From Podarcis liolepis (lineage: Eukaryota): DNA of 64,000 bases. Shown piece by piece: positions 53,762-64,000 of the stretch (the stretch's first letter is position 1; every line of letters starts with the position of its first letter). The notes below the pieces were generated by a model, which was not told the DNA's origin, ran no database searches, and saw nothing but the letters and a program-made list of their open reading frames with translations. Position numbers and translations under genes: made by a program. Location of the stretch: the NCBI GenBank assembly GCA_965112155.1, contig OZ218111.1; one strand, given 5' to 3'.

Positions 53762-53791
53762 GGGTGGGTGGGTGGGTGGGTGGGTGGGTGG
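53762..53791 (+). repeat. (GGGT)7 repeat with G-quadruplex potential
   Basis: Seven GGG tracts with 1-nt loops. Confidence 0.9.
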
Positions 53792-54293
53792 AGTCCGGCC
53801 TTGCTCCAGCAAGGTAGTCCCTTGTGTTCTTCACCCTCAGCAGTATAAGAAGGGTCAGGGTGCCTGCCCATCTCACCTGGAGCTTCTCATTCAGCATCTG
53901 CATTCCCAGCCACCAGGCCACAGCCTCTCTTGGGTATCAGGAGAGGTACTGCATTGAGAGGTGGAGGCGTTACTTTCAGGGAACCTCTCCCAGTTTATTT
54001 CCTTCCAACATCACAACATAGTCTACTAGTAGAAACTAACTGAAATGGTGATTTGAAAGCGTGCCACAGTTGCAGCATATGGCCACTACAACAGAAGAGA
54101 GACGGTGAGGCCCCATTTGCTAGCAGTAAGTGGGGACTGCTATCGACAGAAGGTTCTCAACCAACTTTGTATATATTCTTAACCCACTGGGGTCACCAGA
54201 GCAGAGTGCAGTCAAGCCCAATCCTAGACAGGCTTTATTTAAAAGCAAACCCCATCACTGAGTTCAATGGGACTTACTTCCTTGTAAGAATGC

Positions 54294-57200
54294 TCAGGAT
54301 TGGAACCTTGGTTTATTTTTAGTTTTCTCCCACACAGCTGGCTTGCTGTGTGCAGCACATGTTGCATTCAGGTCCTCTGAGCTGCTACTCTTTCCATCAT
54401 CATCCTCATCAGATGTTTCTTCATCGGAACTTTCATCACCAGCAGTTATTCTATGAACAGAGATCAGTGTAATACAAACCAAGAAGGAAAAGGAAAATGA
54501 GACACTACTGCTATGTCAACTCAGAAGTAAGCCCCACTAAATTCAATGGACTTGTTCCCTGGTGGGTTTAGGACTGCAAACCTGAAGCTCTTACCCTGAA
54601 GCTCTGGCAGGCCTGTTGGGATTAAAAAATTCTTTTCCAGAGTCAATATCAAAGGGGTCTGTGGAGAGAAAAAAGCAGAATGGTAAGCTATTGTTCCAAG
54701 TTTTTTCTTCTTCTCTAGAACCATATGTATGCGGTTACATCCCATCTTTCAGAATGCAAATCATTCCAAGATGACTTAAAAGTAAAATCAATATGCAATA
54801 ATTTACCAGTACAATGCCAATAATAATTGCCACAGGCAGTTGATGGTAGATAACTTGGGAGTGTGGGGTTGGTTTGTTAGTCCAGCTGGTGTAGTCATTG
54901 AAGGCAGGGGAGATGGGCAGAGACTTTAGTCTATATTGACAATAATTACTGCATCAAGGAAACCAGTATCACTGGCTGACAGTGAGCTACTAGGCCTAAC
55001 TCAAGGTGTTAGTGTTGCCATGACAAAGCTCTAAATGTTGAGTTGAGGTGATTTAATACTTGAATTTCACTTTTCCAACAACAAATGTTGAACCATTGTT
55101 TTCTGATTACATTGAGGGGGTTTGTGGGATTTTGGAGCAGTATTTTGTAGATACCAGCCCTTTCTTGTTAGGAGGAGGTTTTTGAAGGTTGTCAAGGGCC
55201 TAGTCGCTGCTCATTTTACGACTGGATTCTTTAAAAGGGCATGTACTTGGTGGTGTGTTAGCCCAGGGCATTTCGGTGTCCCCTAGTTTGTCTTGTATTT
55301 CTTGTGTTGATATGGGTTTGTTATTTTTGTAGAAGTCTGCTAGGCGGTATAAGCCTTTGGCTTGCCAGGTTTTTATCTAGAGGTTTTGTGCTGCGTGGTG
55401 CAATAGTGGGGTGGTATGCCAGGGGGATTAGTGGGGATGGGGTTGAGGACAGTTTACCTGCTTCTTCCTTCCATGTTTTAAGCATGGTCTGTGTGAACCT
55501 GTTTAGTGTGGTAGGGATTTTCCTTAGTTTTTTTGGGGAGGAATGGGTAAGCTGTGGTGGAGGTATTTTCAATTATGTCTCTCTCCAGGTGTACTCATTT
55601 TGTCTTGTCTTCTAGAATGTATGGGATTGTGTGGGACACTTGGTTGGTGATGTAGTATAGTTCTATGCTGGGGATTCCCCCCCGCTCCTAGGGGGCACCC
55701 AAGTTATGTGGCTGACTGATCCCATATGTTCATCCCAGAAGAATGGAGCAGCTTTCTGACTGAGCACCACTTGATTTCCTGACCATGGAGGTGCGGGGGA
55801 GACAAGGGCAATGTCAAGGCATTGTTTAAGAAGACTCAAAGGTCCTCAGAAGTAAAAGTCAGTAGGTTCTTACCTAGTTCTTCTTTTTCTTTTTCTTGGG
55901 CATGAGCCAGAAACTCTTGTTCAACTTTCAGTACTTCCTCTTCACAATTACAGGCTGCATATTTCTCCAGGAGGTCTTTATTCAAATCAAGGAACACTTT
56001 CCCCCATTTAAATTTTTGTAAGAGGATTATGGCAAGATCAGAGAATCCTAAAATAAAGACAAGAAAATCTGCATTTTTAAAAAAATTACAAGGTACTTTG
56101 CAGGCAAAGAAGCTGTCGAGCCCCATACCTCCTAGTTGCTGGTGACATTGTGAAATAAGTAAGTTTTTATCTATCTATCTATCTATCTATCATCTATCTA
56201 TCAGTATCTATCAATCAGACTTCATTGGCATAAAAAGTGCATTTTATACATGGATCAAAATACAACACAGTTAATGAAACATATTAAGAGGTACTTTAGG
56301 ATAAAACTGTCCAGACCAGACATTGTGAGGTATGTTAAGACCTATGGTGACAATTTTATAGCATCACTCAGAAATCTTGCCACATTCTCCAATTAATCAC
56401 TTGGTTGGGACAGAGGCAGGTAGCTCAAAATAAAGACAGAAATCCCTATTAAAAGTAATTGAGCAATGTGTACATTCGCATACACCTTGCTGTAAGCCTA
56501 TAGCAGTGCTCGAAAGAAGGGAGGGAATGTGGAGAGAACAGACCCCAGATTCCTCAGCAGATCCCACAGACCCACAGAACATTTTCAAACTTGTCCCAGT
56601 CATCAAGGAAATATGTTTGACACTAAGGCGTGGCTGCACACAGACAGGCATGTATTCATACAGTCCACTTTACAGCAAAGAATTAGACCTACAAGCTTTT
56701 CTTCCAGCCTCACCCACAATGTAGAAAGTAGCTGCAAATGCTTCCACACAGGAGAGTTTGCAAGGCCGGCCGTAGTTGACTGGATTTGCAGCCACCAGAA
56801 AGGGCAGCAGGCGGAGATGGCTTCCCTTCATCTTGGCAAATGGCGTCTCATCCAGCTTTGCCCAAGAGCAGTCAATCACCGCAATTCCATTCTGAGCCAC
56901 AATCTGTCTAAAAACACAGCAACAGCAATTTCAAACCAGGATGTTGCTGGTTTCTCACCCCACTGGAGCTGCTTTGGGATCCAGTTAGGATAGCAGATGT
57001 GAGTTGCTCAAGACCGCCAAGCCAAACTTCTCATGCAAAGACACTGGATGTGGCCAAATCTGAACAAATCTGAATAACCAAGGACTCAGCAAGTTACATC
57101 GATCCTAAGGTGTGAAGTTTCATCAGCTCACTAGCTTGCGGAAGCATCCACTTGAACACAGCCCAAAAAGAACACTGGCTGGGAACGCACCTCAACCCTG

Positions 57201-58623
57201 AAGTATCAGTCTTACAGGCTCCACATACTGGCCCTACACATGAGCACTAAGAAGAACGCAGCCCTGTAGCTGGACCAGCCTGTTCTTACAGATGCCTGAG
57301 GGAAGCCTGCAAGCAGGGCATGAACACAGCACTCATTCAGAGGCAGCAATAGAGACAGAACAAAACAATTATGGCTAGAAGCCACTGATAGGCTTGTCAT
57401 GAATCTGTCTAATCCTCAGTGAAAATCATTCAAGTTGATGGCTATCACTGCCTCTCAGTGAGCAAATTCCAGAGTTTATTACCAGCTGTGTGAAGAGCTG
57501 CTTTCTTTTGTCTGCCCAACATTACCATTGAGTGGCCCTGAGTATAGTATAGCATGATGAAAGGTCCTGCCTTTTCCCCTCAAACGGGCAGAAACCCTCC
57601 TCCTGTCTTTGCTGGCTACCCCTTTCCTCTAGATGCCTGTAAATACAATCTGGCAAGTATCTAAAAAGGAAGTAAGGGCTTGACCTTTATTGATATTAAT
57701 ACATGTTCCATATTTTCTTTTAACACTATCAATATGCGTAAGAGATTCAGGAACTAAGTATTTACCATCTCAAAGGAATGGCCAGGCTACCCAGAAAAGG
57801 CAATCGTATAAAGCATTATCAGGTATCCTGGCTGACAGGAGAGAAGCAACACACACAACAAATTTCTGCGGGGGACCACCTCTTTCTGTGATGTATGTAT
57901 GATGTTTTGGGGGGTGGTCTTGAGCTACATACAGGGTAGGCTATTTCAAAAGTCTATATAACTGCTTGCACACAAATGTTCTGGGTTGCTCCTCGCTCCT
58001 GAATGTGTTGAGTGAGCACCCTGTTGCAACAGTTCAATAAAGATCCGGCTTACTAGCTGCTTTGCTTCTCAGTATTCTGTGTTATTTTATCCTACCGATA
58101 GAGAACCTACATAAGGACTCTATACGGGCTCTTGGATACCCCATAAGGGAAAAGGGAGCAGATTTTCCTTCTAACACCTTCCTAGCTCCGCCGGCCCCGC
58201 TCACCTGTCTGCGGGGGAGACGAAGCGGGTGGCGGCGGGGCTGAGGATGACGCCTCCGAAGCGCTGCCCCAGGCGCAGCGTCCGCACCAGCCCCTTCCTC
58301 GCCAGCCGCCGCCCCGTGCAGCGCCGCGGGTCGCAGTGGCCCAAGTCCCACATGGCCAGCGGGGGAGAAGGCGAGGCCCGGACCTCGCCGCATCCCCGGA
58401 CGCTGCCGCTGCCGCTACCCGGCTCCGGCTCGGCCGACCCCGCCGCCGCGCCCTTGACGGGGGAGGAGGAAGAGTGGCCGCGGAGCGGGTCCCCGCCCGA
58501 GATGGGGCCGGAGTCGCCGCCGGGGCCTTCCTCATCCTCCGCCTCCGCGAAGGCCTCGAGAGGGGGTCCCGGCCGGGGCTGCCGCTGCCGCCGTTGCTGC
58601 TGCTGCTGCCGCTTCCGCCCCAT
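54294..58623 (-). CDS. TSR3: 18S rRNA aminocarboxypropyltransferase TSR3, 5 coding exons, 335 aa
   Basis: Minus-strand exons: 58623-58205, 56907-56714, 56047-55874, 54658-54595, 54450-54294 (1008 nt). [64 protein letters not shown], acidic tail. Confidence 0.96.
55030..55720 (-). mobile_element. degraded L1/Tx1-clade LINE ORF2 fragment in TSR3 intron
   Basis: Minus-strand relics [14 protein letters not shown] and TMLKTWK...[10 protein letters not shown] resemble the post-RT GGLGLP.L..YY and SPL.PL..NP motifs; A-rich strand. Confidence 0.55.
56168..56216. repeat. (TATC)n tetranucleotide microsatellite
   Basis: Imperfect TATC/GATA array. Confidence 0.9.
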
Positions 58624-58725
58624 CTCCTCGTGTACCAAGGGGAGACGAGGCGGGTAGAGCGGCTCCCTGGCGCCCCGGAAGAGCAACCCCTGCAGGCGCT
58701 TCCGGGTCTCGCCGGAGAAACGAAG

Positions 58726-63385
<4,660 letters not shown>

Positions 63386-63429
63386 GTAAGTTGAGCAAAA
63401 TTATTTCCTCCTCCCACACAACACTGATA

Positions 63430-63644
63430 CAGTGGTACCTCAGGTTACAGACGCTTCAGGTTACAGACTCCGCTAACCCAGAAATAGTACATCGGGTTAA
63501 GAACTTTGCTTCAGGATGAGAACAGAAATCACACGGCAGCAGCGGGAGGCCCCATTAGCTAAAGTGGTGCTTCAGGTTAAGAACAGTTTCAGGTTAAGAA
63601 CGGACCTCCAGAATGAATTAAGTTCTTAACCCGAGGTACCACTG
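63430..63644. mobile_element. Tigger/mariner-like MITE, inverted relative to 17931-18156
   Basis: CAGTGGTACCTCAGGTTA...TTAACCCGAGGTACCACTG; internal sequence is the reverse complement of the 17931 copy. Confidence 0.9.
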
Positions 63645-64000
63645 AATTGGCAGTCTTAGTTAACACTTATTTGGGAATAAGTCTTGTTGAACGTGGCAGG
63701 CCCAAACATTGGCAGTGGAGGGGAGGGGAGAATGACGTAGAGGCAGTATTTAACTTTAACTTGTTTTTACTCCTTCAGTAACATAACATGTATAGTTTAT
63801 AACTTAGGCTTCAAGGTGGGTGACGTGTTGAAAGGGCTTGAGGTGGGGAAAAGCCAGGTTCAGGGTAGGGGAAATGACAGAGCATCCTTCTGAATTCATC
63901 CCAGTCCTAGTATTAGTTCTTGGTTGGGTGGGAAAGCTGTAGCTGGCTTATGGGATCAATGGTCTGAGCTTGGTATAAAGTAATTATCTTCTTATATTCT

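Overview
Vertebrate genomic DNA. The SINE and MITE families point to a squamate, probably a lacertid lizard (inference). The window holds five intron-containing genes from the human 16p13.3 synteny group: PDPK1 (+, 14 coding exons, complete), KCTD5 (+, 6 coding exons, complete), UBE2I/Ubc9 (+, complete), TSR3 (-, complete) and GNPTG (+, exons 1-10, running off the window). There are four CpG-island promoters, and TSR3/GNPTG share a ~100-bp bidirectional one. Introns and intergenic DNA carry L2, CR1 and L1/Tx1 LINE relics, tRNA-derived SINEs, TA-targeting and hAT MITEs, a solo LTR and microsatellites. Most long ORFs in the supplied track are CpG-island or antisense artefacts. I cannot show a wholly new system. 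The best leads are: (i) one or two stop-containing, NMD-escaping cassette exons in the last KCTD5 intron that would swap the C-terminal tail; (ii) BAIAP3 missing between UBE2I and TSR3, with a possible relic; (iii) clustered substitutions in the PDK1 alphaC/PIF-pocket region; (iv) a U12 intron and a candidate poison exon in PDPK1; (v) a TSR3 stop codon supplied by a repeat. Comparisons with human proteins are from memory and need alignment.
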